DNA of 64,000 nt, from positions 32,001 through 96,000 of IMG/VR virus record IMGVR_UViG_3300020439_000004; one strand, 5' to 3'. Source of the stretch: a virus. Below the pieces are notes generated by a model. The model was given only the letters and a program-made list of their open reading frames with translations. It made no database searches and had not been told where the DNA came from. A program made the translations under genes and the position numbers. Positions 18,221-28,808 of this stretch are shown here, in pieces (the first letter of the stretch is position 1; each line of letters begins with the position of its first letter).

Positions 18221-19479
18221 ATGTAACAGGAACTCTACCATCAGGATTTAAAAATTCAATTATAGATATTGAATTAATTGTGAATTCACCTCAAAGCGGA
18301 TTTGAAGTATCTTTAATGGAAAGCGGGAAATTTCACTCCTCTAAATTAATTACTTTTTCAGGCTCTGAGGGCGCTATGTTTGATCAAAGCGGTAATTTTT
18401 TTGGTGGCTACAAAAGTGGTTCAGCACTAGATTTAAAAGTTCACTATGATTATGCAAATTCTGGATTTTCTTATTATTTTGAAAATACTTTAATTGCTAA
18501 CAACTTACAACCTACAGGAGTTAGCGAGGGAGCCACAGATGCGAGTGTTAATGCTGTAAGTTTTAAAAAGTATGGTAATTCCTCTGTATCTGTAGTTGCA
18601 AATGGAGATGCTAGAACAACTTTAGCTAAAGATGCTACAGATCAAATAGAATCAGATATCACAGATTCCATGGATGTAGCCACTAATGGAAGCATGTTTA
18701 TAGGTTATACAGATCCTGCTGGAACTTTAGAAGGGGGTGGTTTTAATGCTTTGCGCTCTGACAACTTCTGGGGTAAAGATATTGATTTTACAGCAGTAAG
18801 CGTTTGGAATAATGAAGGTGACGGAAGTGCTGGTAGTGAAGATTTTAGGAAAAGAGCAGCAACCGCTATTACCAGAAGACACGTAGTAATGGCAAAACAT
18901 TTCCCAATAGCAGCATCTCAAGTAGTTTATTTTTCAGATTCTAATGGAACTTGGATCTCTAGAACAATTGAAGCTGTAGCAAACCACGCGAGCGCTGATA
19001 TTACAGTTGGCGTATTAGATGAGGATCTTCCTGAAACTGTAACCCCTGTTAAGGTTGTGCCTTCTAATATTAATACATACTTTAGAAGAAATACCTCAAC
19101 TCAGCTAATAAGTGATTTTTTTAGGCCAATAGTTGTTGGGTTTGATTTTGAGAAAAAAGGTTTATTGATGGAATTGAATAATGCAAATGATGCTTCAAAC
19201 TTGTTCCGATTCCTTGCAGCAGGTTCAATTCCCAGCCCTTTTAGTAATTTATCTGAAGCTTTGGGTTCTGGAGATTCAGGAAACCCATGTTTTTTAATAA
19301 TTGATGGTGAAGCAATATTAATTGGCACTTTCCACACTACAGCGTATGGGCCAGCTTTTGCTAATTATATTTCAGATATAAATACACTTATTGCCTCCGC
19401 TGATTCTTCTGCAAGTATTACTACAAATCTAGTAGTAACAGAGGCTAAGTTGCCGTTAACTACTTATTTCAGTTATTAA
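18217..19479 (+). CDS. tail-module protein with C-terminal trypsin-like serine protease
   Basis: ATAITRRHVVMAKH (His), ADITVG (Asp), GDSGNP (Ser); ATGA overlap start at 18217. Confidence 0.72.
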   Translation: MNVTGTLPSGFKNSIIDIELIVNSPQSGFEVSLMESGKFHSSKLITFSGSEGAMFDQSGNFFGGYKSGSALDLKVHYDYANSGFSYYFENTLIANNLQPTGVSEGATDASVNAVSFKKYGNSSVSVVANGDARTTLAKDATDQIESDITDSMDVATNGSMFIGYTDPAGTLEGGGFNALRSDNFWGKDIDFTAVSVWNNEGDGSAGSEDFRKRAATAITRRHVVMAKHFPIAASQVVYFSDSNGTWISRTIEAVANHASADITVGVLDEDLPETVTPVKVVPSNINTYFRRNTSTQLISDFFRPIVVGFDFEKKGLLMELNNANDASNLFRFLAAGSIPSPFSNLSEALGSGDSGNPCFLIIDGEAILIGTFHTTAYGPAFANYISDINTLIASADSSASITTNLVVTEAKLPLTTYFSY

Positions 19480-19486
19480 TATTTTT

Positions 19487-19515
19487 TTGATAAAAGCTTA
19501 GTTATTTTTTATAAT
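19487..19515 (+). promoter_or_regulatory. sigma70 promoter TTGATA-17-TATAAT
   Basis: 9 nt before the ATG at 19525. Confidence 0.65.
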
Positions 19516-19524
19516 AAAAAATAT

Positions 19525-20268
19525 ATGAGTGATTTATATACTTTTGATATCAAGAGGAAAGCTGGCGGAAAATCAAAAAAAACCATAAAAACTAAAGTTA
19601 TTATTAAAAGACCAACTTTAGCACAAACTGAAGATGGTGAATTTTTCTATGGTCAAAAATTTAATGAGTTTATTAATGCTGGCTTTCTAACTAAAGCCAT
19701 GCTATCCAAGAAAATGGAAGACATAGGTGAAGGAGTCTTTTCTAAGAAAGAAAGCGCTCAAATGCAAGAAATAATGAAGCAGAATGTAGAGGCGAGTAGA
19801 ATTATTGAGTTTTATGGAGAAGCAAAAGATTTAGATGAAGAGCAAGAACAAAAACTAGAGAATGCCAAAGATGATTTTGTTGCTACCCAATCTGCTCTAT
19901 ACCAGTATCAGAGCCAACTTAGGGATCAGTATTCACAAACAGCGGATTCAAAAGCAGAGCAAAAGTTAATAGAATGGTTTGTTTTTAACTTTTCTTTTTA
20001 TGAAGATAAAATAGATAATAAAAAAGAGTTATTTCCTATCTTTCAGGGAGAGAATTATGATGATAAAAGAAAATTTTATCTATACATCTCTGATGAAGCC
20101 ACTGAAATTAAAGATGACGATCTTAAAAAGGCTAAAGATATATTTCAAGAGTCTTACGATACTTTAATTAGAGTTATTAGCATTTGGTTTAATCAATTAG
20201 GTAGGGATCAAAAGTCTATTGATAAAGCTTTGAACGATTTGTTTACAGACGAAGAAGATGCAAAATGA
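19525..20268 (+). CDS. tail assembly chaperone-like protein
   Basis: helical, two genes upstream of the tape measure. Confidence 0.5.
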   Translation: MSDLYTFDIKRKAGGKSKKTIKTKVIIKRPTLAQTEDGEFFYGQKFNEFINAGFLTKAMLSKKMEDIGEGVFSKKESAQMQEIMKQNVEASRIIEFYGEAKDLDEEQEQKLENAKDDFVATQSALYQYQSQLRDQYSQTADSKAEQKLIEWFVFNFSFYEDKIDNKKELFPIFQGENYDDKRKFYLYISDEATEIKDDDLKKAKDIFQESYDTLIRVISIWFNQLGRDQKSIDKALNDLFTDEEDAK

Positions 20269-21124
20269 GATATCTCCATCTCAAATTTTATTAGAAATCT
20301 CCAGAGGTTATAGCGTTTTTGAAATAAACGAAAAAATATATTTCTTTAAGCATTTCTCTATAGAGGAAATGCTAACTCTAGATGAGTTTGAAAGAGATGA
20401 AGCTAAAAGGGCTAAAAAAATGGGCCTAAAAAATGAGGGTGAGCTTTTAAAAGATGCCATGAAATATGGCGCTTGGACTCAGCAAGAAGAAGATAAAATA
20501 AAATCTCTTGAATGGACAATTAATAACTCTTATAAGGTTTTAGAAAAATTCAGCGATCCTGTCACAAAAAGAAGCTTTGAGAATCAAATAAAAGATCAAG
20601 AAGAAGAATTAAAAATATTAAAAAATAAAAAATCTAAGATTAGTTCTTACAGCGCAGAAGCTTTAGCACAGCAAAAGAAGCTCTCGAAAATGATATTTAA
20701 CTCCTTATTTTACGATAAGGAGTTTACTAAAATTGTAAAAGATAAAGATGTTGAAGTTTTAGGTGCTTTAGTTTTTTCAAAATTTAGTGAATTGGCTAAT
20801 AAGGAAAATACTTTAAAGGCATGTTATTTAACTTATTTTTTTGAAGTCTTTATGGCTACTTCTAATTGCTTAGACTTATTCAAAACAGATTTTATGAATT
20901 TAACAATATTCCAAAAGGGTCTAATTTCTTACAGTCGCGCCCTTATGAACAAGATACAAAATACTAGCATCCCTGAGAAAATATACGGAGATCCTGTAAA
21001 AATGTTTGATTACAAGGAACCAAAGAAAGAAGAAAAAGAGAACACAACGCATGGTTTAGACGATTTAAAGAGAAGAATGTCTAGCAGAGGTGGAGAACTT
21101 AAAGCTGAGGACTTTTTAGGTTGA
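20258..21124 (+). CDS. tail assembly chaperone-like protein
   Basis: helical, immediately upstream of the tape measure. Confidence 0.5.
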   Translation: MQNEISPSQILLEISRGYSVFEINEKIYFFKHFSIEEMLTLDEFERDEAKRAKKMGLKNEGELLKDAMKYGAWTQQEEDKIKSLEWTINNSYKVLEKFSDPVTKRSFENQIKDQEEELKILKNKKSKISSYSAEALAQQKKLSKMIFNSLFYDKEFTKIVKDKDVEVLGALVFSKFSELANKENTLKACYLTYFFEVFMATSNCLDLFKTDFMNLTIFQKGLISYSRALMNKIQNTSIPEKIYGDPVKMFDYKEPKKEEKENTTHGLDDLKRRMSSRGGELKAEDFLG

Positions 21125-21143
21125 TTAGTGTAATTTACACTAT

Positions 21144-24100
21144 ATGCCATCTTCTTTTGACGTAACCGCTAATGTAAATCTTGATCCCAGAAGTTTAAAC
21201 GCTTCTGCGAAGAAGATTGAGCTTGCTTTAGGCCGTATTACGGGGCAAGCATCAGAATTTCAAAAATCACTTGATGCCTCTACTGCTCGTGTTTTTGCGT
21301 TCGGAGCTACAACAGCGGTTCTAAATGGAGTCAATCAGGCATTCAAAAAACTAGTAAGTACTACTATAGAAGTAGAAAAAAGATTAATAGAAATTAATTC
21401 TATATTCCAAGCTAATGAAAAAGTATTTAACCAGTTCAGAAACTCTATATTTCAAGTAGCAAAAGATACAGGACAAGCATTTGGAACAGTTGCAGAAGGT
21501 GCTGCGGAATTAGCTAGACAAGGTCTTAGTGCAGAAGAAACAGCTAAAAGACTAAAAGCTTCTTTGGTTTTAACAAGAATATCAGGGCTTGATGCAGAAA
21601 AGTCTGTAAAAGCTCTTACTGCTGCTATAAATGGATTTGCTTCTGCTGGACTTAGTGCAAATCAGATTGTTAATAAGTTGGTTGCTGTTGATACCGCCTT
21701 TGCTGTATCTGCTCAAGACTTGGCTGAAGCATTTAGTCGTGCTGGATCTACAGCGGAGGACGCTGGTGTTAGCTTTGACCAGCTTTTGGGTTTAGTTACA
21801 GCAGTTGAGCAGAAGACTGCTAGAGGTGGTGCTGTTATTGGTAACGCCTTTAAATCTATTTTTACAAGACTTTCTAGAGGGGACACCATAGAATCTTTAA
21901 GAGAATTAGGAGTTCAGATTGATGCAACTCAAAACGGAATACAAAAACTAAACGCACTTTCGGTTGCTTTAGAAAATATCTCAGACCCTACTGTCGCTTC
22001 TCAAATTAAAGAGCTAGCTGGTGGTGTTTTCCAGATAAACGTTGTTAGTGCAGCATTGAAAGATTTAAGCTCTGACACTTCTATATTTGCTGGAGCTGCC
22101 AAGACAGCATCTGAAGCTACTAATGAAGCTTTTGAAAAGAACGCAGATTTAAATAGGAGTTTAGCCGCTCAAATAAATGCTCTTATAGCAGGACTAACAT
22201 CTCTAGCAGAAAGAGTTGGTTCATTAACTTTTGGACCTCTTTTAGAAAACTTATTGGGTCTTACTACAAAATTTACAGAGTTTTTAGATAAAGCATTGGA
22301 CCCAGAAAAAGGTAGTGCTTTTGTAAAAGGATTATTTAAAACAATTGGTCAGTTTCTTGGTGGTCCTGCTGTAGTTATATTTACTGGTGCTTTTGTTAAG
22401 ATATTCGCGCTTGTTGCTAAGTTTGCTAAAGATGGATTAATGTCTGTCTTTGCTATTGGTTCTGAGACATCTAAAATTAGAAACATAGAAGCTGGTATTG
22501 TTGGTTTATTGCAGAAGGATAGTCAGCTAAGACAGTTAATTACAAGTTCTACTGCTTCACAAGCTCAAAAAGAGCAAGCAATTATAAGCGCTATAAAAGC
22601 TGAAAATGCTTTACTTGCACAACAGGCATCATTGATGAACTCTATAGCTTCTGCTGCTAGAGCTAGAGGTGTTGCATCTTTTAATGCCTCAACAGGTCAA
22701 TTTAAAGGTAAGAAGGGCTTTGCATCTGGCTTCATGCAAGAAGAAGCGACGGCTAGAGGGTTGGGAGCTACTGGATCAGTTAAAGCTCATTTTGGTCAAG
22801 GCACAATAGGTGGCCGCAGATTCATAATGAACAACCAAGAAGTGGAGATTCCTAACTTTGCTGGTGGTAGAGATTCTGCGGTTATACCAATGTACGCAAA
22901 AGGAGGTCCGTACAGAACAAACAAATTTTCTTCAAAATCAACAGGATCAGCCGTAGGAAGTGCGGCAGGAGGTGGCAAAACTTTATTTATGGATGGTTCT
23001 AAATTTGGATTACTTGCCGCCTTTTCAGGTAAAAGTATTCCAAGGGAATCAAAAACAAGCCTTGATAAGTTAAGCCCACCAAGCGTTCAAGGTCTTTCAC
23101 AAAGTGGTTATTCTATACAAGGTCTAAAAAGACAAGGATTTAGTCATGTTGGTGTAAGAGGACTCAAAGTTACTGCTTTAGATGCTGGTAGGCCAAATTT
23201 TAGAAAAAAGTTTCAACCAAGAATACAAAAAGCATTTGCACAACCGTTAGTTAACTTTGGCTCTCAAATTATTGGAGATACCTTCAAAGGTAACGATACC
23301 AAGTCAATAGGCCAAGGTTTAAAAAAGAGTTCAAAAGGTGTTAAGCTTTTCTCTGATGCCGCTGAAGGTGGTATAATAGAGTCTGCAATAAAAGCTGTTA
23401 TTGCGGGATCAAGAGCTGCCAGTGTTTTCAGTACTCCAAATAATGAAAGAGCGCCATTTGATTTTGAAGAAAATACAAATCTAAGACAAAAAGATAGCGT
23501 TGCTGGTACGTTTTTTAGAGGTCAAGGTGTCAAAAGGGCAGATGCTAAAAGAACAGCAGATAAAGATTCTGCAAGGTCTTTTATAGCAAAGATATTACAA
23601 GATAGTTCAGCTAGGTCTATGGCGCTGCCAAGGGGAAGAGGCAAGGCTGCTGGACATATTCCTAGATTTGCAAAAGGTAAAGTGCCAAAAGGTGATGGTG
23701 GTATGGGTGAAGGTGGAATGTTCTTAGCTTTATCAGGAGCATCAATGGCTTTGAATACCATGTCTGCATCTGGCGATGAGGCTGGAGGAGCGTTGAGTGG
23801 TTTAGCGGAAACTGCAAGTAAAGCTGTAAATGCTTTGCTGACATTTCAAACATTAAGTTTTATAACTGGTGGTAAATTGGGTGGTCTTGTAACAAAACCC
23901 ATGTCTACTCTTGGAAGAGGTATGAGAGCAGGATTTGCAGGTAAAGGTGCTGGAGCTTTAGGTGCAGGAAAAATTGGAGGATTAGGAGGATTTGGCGCAA
24001 AAGCTGGTGCATTAGGGGCTACAAAACTAGGAGCTTTTAAAGGTGCTGCCGCAATGGGTCCAGTTGGGGCTGCAATTGGAGCAGCATTTGTTGGACATGT

Positions 24101-25646
24101 TATAGGTTCTAAGATTGGTAATGCAATAGGAGATCAAATTATTCAAAAAGGAACGGCTAAAGCTGCCAAAGAAATGAATATTGCCAACATTGGAGGCATG
24201 AATGCGGAGAGGGTTAATCTTAAGCGTCAGTTGGCTGGAGTTGGAGGTAGAGAAGGTATTGATCTATTTAATCAAACATTTGCTGGAAATCAAGAAGAAG
24301 TAAATAAAGCTTTTAAATCATATGAGGCTGCGTTAAGAGCTTCTGCTGAAAAAACTAAACAAGGAATACCTACCGAAGAAGCTAGAACCCAAGCGACGGC
24401 GGATTTTAACAAAAGATTAAAAGAGCTTGGCGGCATCACCAAGGATACAATATTCCAACAGACAGATTTCAATAGAAGGCAACAGTTTTTAAATAACAAA
24501 ATTGCAGAATTAACAAGCAGAATCAATAGGGTAAAAGGCAGCTCTCAGATGAGAGATATCCAAAACAGCGCAATGATTTCTTCTAGTATGAAGGATAGAG
24601 CTGATATAATGGGAGCCTTAAAGTTTTCAGGACCAATGTCAGCATCTGTTGGTGCAGCAGTAAATGTTACTCAAAGAACATCAGCGGCATCTGATGCTCT
24701 AATGCAAAAAAGAGCATTACAAGCTCAAATGCTTACAGAGGTTGACCCTAAAAAGAGAGAAGATTTAGAAAAAAGTATAGAAGCCGCAGGAAAGAATTTT
24801 GCTAATATAGTTAAAGAGAGTTCTATAAATTTTGCGAACAATATTGTTGCTTTGCAGGATCAAATGAAAGCGGCGGAAGAAAAGAGATTGCAATCTAGAA
24901 CTGATGAGGTTGGTAGAGATATAGGTGCTTTACAAGCTTTAGCTGAAGGTGGTATTATGACACCCAAAGGTCAGAAAGATTTCCAAGAACAAGCTAGAAA
25001 GCAAAGAGAAAAATTTGAAAAAGCACAAGCAAAGTTAGAAGCTAAAAAACCAATATTTAGAGGTTTAGGTGAGAATGAAGATCAAATAAAAACTAGATTC
25101 CAATCTTTAGCAACGAGCGCAGCAGCATCAGCTCTTGAGTTAATAAGATCACAAGGTATTGAGCAGCTTGCCAAACTTAGAGGTGTTTCTCTTGAAACTC
25201 AACTTGCAAGCATGGGAGGTGATGTTGCTGGTCTTCTCGGCACAGTAAGGAAATCAGGATTTGAGGCTTATGGAGCTAAAGAAACTCAACGAAGTAAAGA
25301 TATCAGTGAAGCGGTAATAAATGCTGATAAAGAATATGAGTCTTTAAGTGAGGCTCTTTTTAGAAACACAAAAGCTTTAGATGCATTTGCTGAGAACTTT
25401 AGCACTGATGAAGCAGAAGGAATTCCTCAAAATGTTAAAAAATTAGCTGAAGGTGTGCAAGCGGCGGCTAAAGGTTTTGAAAATATAAAAAATATAACTG
25501 AACCTTTTGCAAAAGTTTCAGCCATGACGGTAACTGCTGCTGAAACTGCTCAACAAGTCATTGGAAAAACAGAAGCTTCACTAAAAAACATGTTAACAAG
25601 AGTAGAAGCTTTAGAAAGAGACTCAGCAGCACTTAGAGGTGAATAA
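21144..25646 (+). CDS. tape measure protein (TP901-like core)
   Basis: 1500 aa, Ala/Gly-rich helical; AAELARQGLS...GLDAEKSVKALTAAING core; hydrophobic segments. Confidence 0.9.
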   Translation: MPSSFDVTANVNLDPRSLNASAKKIELALGRITGQASEFQKSLDASTARVFAFGATTAVLNGVNQAFKKLVSTTIEVEKRLIEINSIFQANEKVFNQFRNSIFQVAKDTGQAFGTVAEGAAELARQGLSAEETAKRLKASLVLTRISGLDAEKSVKALTAAINGFASAGLSANQIVNKLVAVDTAFAVSAQDLAEAFSRAGSTAEDAGVSFDQLLGLVTAVEQKTARGGAVIGNAFKSIFTRLSRGDTIESLRELGVQIDATQNGIQKLNALSVALENISDPTVASQIKELAGGVFQINVVSAALKDLSSDTSIFAGAAKTASEATNEAFEKNADLNRSLAAQINALIAGLTSLAERVGSLTFGPLLENLLGLTTKFTEFLDKALDPEKGSAFVKGLFKTIGQFLGGPAVVIFTGAFVKIFALVAKFAKDGLMSVFAIGSETSKIRNIEAGIVGLLQKDSQLRQLITSSTASQAQKEQAIISAIKAENALLAQQASLMNSIASAARARGVASFNASTGQFKGKKGFASGFMQEEATARGLGATGSVKAHFGQGTIGGRRFIMNNQEVEIPNFAGGRDSAVIPMYAKGGPYRTNKFSSKSTGSAVGSAAGGGKTLFMDGSKFGLLAAFSGKSIPRESKTSLDKLSPPSVQGLSQSGYSIQGLKRQGFSHVGVRGLKVTALDAGRPNFRKKFQPRIQKAFAQPLVNFGSQIIGDTFKGNDTKSIGQGLKKSSKGVKLFSDAAEGGIIESAIKAVIAGSRAASVFSTPNNERAPFDFEENTNLRQKDSVAGTFFRGQGVKRADAKRTADKDSARSFIAKILQDSSARSMALPRGRGKAAGHIPRFAKGKVPKGDGGMGEGGMFLALSGASMALNTMSASGDEAGGALSGLAETASKAVNALLTFQTLSFITGGKLGGLVTKPMSTLGRGMRAGFAGKGAGALGAGKIGGLGGFGAKAGALGATKLGAFKGAAAMGPVGAAIGAAFVGHVIGSKIGNAIGDQIIQKGTAKAAKEMNIANIGGMNAERVNLKRQLAGVGGREGIDLFNQTFAGNQEEVNKAFKSYEAALRASAEKTKQGIPTEEARTQATADFNKRLKELGGITKDTIFQQTDFNRRQQFLNNKIAELTSRINRVKGSSQMRDIQNSAMISSSMKDRADIMGALKFSGPMSASVGAAVNVTQRTSAASDALMQKRALQAQMLTEVDPKKREDLEKSIEAAGKNFANIVKESSINFANNIVALQDQMKAAEEKRLQSRTDEVGRDIGALQALAEGGIMTPKGQKDFQEQARKQREKFEKAQAKLEAKKPIFRGLGENEDQIKTRFQSLATSAAASALELIRSQGIEQLAKLRGVSLETQLASMGGDVAGLLGTVRKSGFEAYGAKETQRSKDISEAVINADKEYESLSEALFRNTKALDAFAENFSTDEAEGIPQNVKKLAEGVQAAAKGFENIKNITEPFAKVSAMTVTAAETAQQVIGKTEASLKNMLTRVEALERDSAALRGE

Positions 25647-25651
25647 TTAAA

Positions 25652-27193
25652 ATGGCATCAATAATAGCAAACAATATAATAAGTTCCTCTTCCAATATTT
25701 CATATCAGTATAATGAAACGGAAGAAGTGTTTGGATATGTTATATCCGCGACTTATAATTTAAATGTTGCTGATGTCGCTTTTGAAAATGGTGATGGTTT
25801 TTTAATTGCAGGTAGAGAGGCTGTAAGAGCAGCATACGCAAAGCCAGAAATTGTAGCTAGGATAGGTGGAGATGAATTTTTAAAAGGTCAAATTCAAAGT
25901 GTCTCTTTCTCAGATGGAACTTTAGTTGGTTCTGAAACTGCAAACATAACTATTCAAGAATCTAGAAGATTAGATGACTACTCTTCTACAAACTTTTGCA
26001 AATATATTCCCAATCCGCATTTAGTAAGTTCTTTTGCTGAGACTTATAATTTTACTAGATCAGAGGATACATATAGCTATTCAAGAGATATAAATTTAAC
26101 ATACAAGCAAGGAGCTGGAGATAGGTTCTTAAATGACGCTAGAATTTTCCTTACTCAATATTATTTTGCTAACAGGCCATCATTCGGATTCCAATCAGAT
26201 GGTATATCTGAAGACGCTACATTTAATAAAGACTACAGGGGTTTACTCACAGAGAAATACGACCTCATAGGTCTGACAGTTGGATTAACAGAAAATTTTA
26301 ATTCTTCTTTTATAGATAATACTAATCATATTTCTAGAAAAGAAACCCAAACAACAACAGTTGATGAAAAGGGTTATCTTAAAAAGACATTTGCTTTTGA
26401 ATTAACGTCACTAAGATTTGATTCGCAGAACATATTGCAAGAGGCTATGAAGACAATCATAGCTGAAGTCATGACAGCTCAAGGGTCAACTCTTGGAGAT
26501 CCTTCATCAATATCTAAGGGTATTAAAAAAGATGGCAACTCTGCATCTTTAAGTATTAGTTTTTCTACAAACCCCACAGAAAGACAAGGCGACTTAGTAA
26601 CCTACTCTGTTGAAGAGAGAAAAAATCAAAAATTTAAAGACTATATATTATCCGCGACCTACAAGGCTAAAGGTAAAACCGATAGAGAAAAATTTAATAA
26701 AGCTAAAACTTTATGGATTTCAGACAAAGATAATAATATAACTAAAGTACAAAGTGTATTTGCTGGATTGCCCACAATATTTGAGAAAGATAGAAACTCT
26801 AACTTTCAAAAGACTGAAGGGATTATAACAGAAACTATAACTTTTACAGACGACCCAGCTTATAAAAATCAATCAGATGGGTTACTTAAATTAAAGATAA
26901 CATCTTCTAACACAAAAAAGATAAGAAGAAATGAATTGGTTTATGATCTTGGAGATTTAAAAGAGAAGCTTGTTGTGAGTGATTTAGAAAGTGTAGGTCA
27001 AGCATCAGTAACTGCTACAACGACTATAGATCCAAATAGAGATTTATTTGGAGGGAAAGATAAATTACTCAATAAGACTTCTGATATGCAAGAGTTTGTT
27101 ACAGGCTCAAAAGTTTTTACCACTTCAGATGTTGTAAATGTAAACTTAGGAGAAGGAACCTCGACTAGAACAATAAATTATTTATATATTTAA
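25652..27193 (+). CDS. tail tip / distal tail protein
   Basis: beta-rich, follows the tape measure. Confidence 0.55.
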   Translation: MASIIANNIISSSSNISYQYNETEEVFGYVISATYNLNVADVAFENGDGFLIAGREAVRAAYAKPEIVARIGGDEFLKGQIQSVSFSDGTLVGSETANITIQESRRLDDYSSTNFCKYIPNPHLVSSFAETYNFTRSEDTYSYSRDINLTYKQGAGDRFLNDARIFLTQYYFANRPSFGFQSDGISEDATFNKDYRGLLTEKYDLIGLTVGLTENFNSSFIDNTNHISRKETQTTTVDEKGYLKKTFAFELTSLRFDSQNILQEAMKTIIAEVMTAQGSTLGDPSSISKGIKKDGNSASLSISFSTNPTERQGDLVTYSVEERKNQKFKDYILSATYKAKGKTDREKFNKAKTLWISDKDNNITKVQSVFAGLPTIFEKDRNSNFQKTEGIITETITFTDDPAYKNQSDGLLKLKITSSNTKKIRRNELVYDLGDLKEKLVVSDLESVGQASVTATTTIDPNRDLFGGKDKLLNKTSDMQEFVTGSKVFTTSDVVNVNLGEGTSTRTINYLYI

Positions 27194-28806
27194 TGGCTGA
27201 TCCTACTATAACATACGGAAGTTACACATTTCCAACTCCAAGTCCTCTTGTAGCGGAAACATCAAATCCTATTGTTATAAGTGGACAATCTGATTTTTTC
27301 TTAGATGAAGTTAATTTAGTTGGAACTTTAACTGGCGCTAACCTTAGTGGATTGCATGTCAGAAAAATGCAAATGATTAGTGGTTTGCTGTCAGAATTTC
27401 AGACTCTTACTGTTACAGGAGATAATAAAGGAAAGTTTTATAGTGGAGCAAAACCAACATCAATAAGTTTTTCTGAGTCAGACTTAACAACAATTCTACC
27501 TTACTCTGTAACATTTGAGGCTTACTCGTCTGGTACTTTTAGTAAGTTTTTTGGTGTTGTAGATCCACAAGATAATTGGACTTTCTCAGAACAAGATGGA
27601 AGAGTTTCTAATGCTTCGCATACCGTTTCTGCAAGAGGATTAAATCTGGGTAATAGCGTAAGCGCATTAACAAACGCAAAGAATTTTGTATCTGGTAGAA
27701 TTACAGGAAGTAATGGAGGTTATAGAGATATTAGTTTATTCCAAACAGGCGCTAAAGCTTTCCTAAGATCAAGAACAGAAACTATAGATAATAAAGCAAG
27801 CTCATACACTATCACCGAGCAATATAATTATTCTACTAGCGATACTACAATTAATAATAATCCAAGTGGTATACTAGAATCAAACTCTCAGATATCCTTA
27901 GACTCTCAAGGAAAAGTTTCTGTAACTATAAATGGCAGCTTGAAAGGTTCTATAGATGCAAACTCTACTGGCGCTCTTCTAACAACAGGAAACTTCACTC
28001 CTACTCAGGCTCAAGAGCTAGCTGTAAATGCAGTAGCTTCTTCTCTTTCTGATTTTGAATCAGGAGCATATACTTTTTCAAACGTTGGTCCAAGTTCTTA
28101 TGAATACCAATTAAATACAGGAAGCAATACTTTAAATTTTTCTTTTACCTTCACCGATTCTTCTAACACCGAACAATCTGGGAATATATTGCATACCAAA
28201 TCAGCTTCAGTGAGTTGCTCCAAAGATGATGCTAATACAAAAGTCTCTATTAATGGTGAATTAAAGTATCACTCAAATGCTTCTGTCATAAATTCCACAG
28301 GTGACCCTACATCAAGTCAACAATGGTTAGAGTTAAGAAGAGAATTTAGTGGTATAAACTTTTTTAATTTGGCTGTAGAAGCGTTACAGGACTTTACTGG
28401 ATGTGCGACTGGTTACCAAATAAGCGGGTTAAATTTAAATGAAACACCAATAGAAAGTGGTGTTAATAAAAATCCATTTGAAGGAACTATATCTTATAAT
28501 GTTTCTTTTGATAATAAGCTTGATTTAAGTAATGGTGAGTTGACTGGTTTAAGAGTTTCTATAACTGATACTAGGCCAATACAGGTAAGTGGGATAAAGC
28601 CATCTATCGCGGGCTTCGCCACACAAAATGTTAAAGAAAGACAAATGGGCTTGTATGCGGTGTCTGCCACTTGCGAAGGAGACACTGGAACTTTGCCAAC
28701 TTTAGCAACCAACGTAAACAAATATATCACAGGTGTTTTTGACCAAGCTAAAAGCGAAAGTGTTGGAGAAAATACTATATCTTTTAACTTAAGTAGATAT
28801 TATTAA
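27193..28806 (+). CDS. tail tip protein
   Basis: Ser/Thr-rich beta protein in the tail module. Confidence 0.55.
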   Translation: MADPTITYGSYTFPTPSPLVAETSNPIVISGQSDFFLDEVNLVGTLTGANLSGLHVRKMQMISGLLSEFQTLTVTGDNKGKFYSGAKPTSISFSESDLTTILPYSVTFEAYSSGTFSKFFGVVDPQDNWTFSEQDGRVSNASHTVSARGLNLGNSVSALTNAKNFVSGRITGSNGGYRDISLFQTGAKAFLRSRTETIDNKASSYTITEQYNYSTSDTTINNNPSGILESNSQISLDSQGKVSVTINGSLKGSIDANSTGALLTTGNFTPTQAQELAVNAVASSLSDFESGAYTFSNVGPSSYEYQLNTGSNTLNFSFTFTDSSNTEQSGNILHTKSASVSCSKDDANTKVSINGELKYHSNASVINSTGDPTSSQQWLELRREFSGINFFNLAVEALQDFTGCATGYQISGLNLNETPIESGVNKNPFEGTISYNVSFDNKLDLSNGELTGLRVSITDTRPIQVSGIKPSIAGFATQNVKERQMGLYAVSATCEGDTGTLPTLATNVNKYITGVFDQAKSESVGENTISFNLSRYY

Positions 28807-28808
28807 TT

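Noticed and set aside
20200-20270. programmed frameshift between tail chaperones
   Set aside because: no clear slippery heptamer at the junction; the second gene has its own overlapping ATG
23930-24075. Gly/Ala repeat in the tape measure as a collagen or mobile repeat
   Set aside because: no Gly-X-Y periodicity; ordinary low-complexity TMP segment
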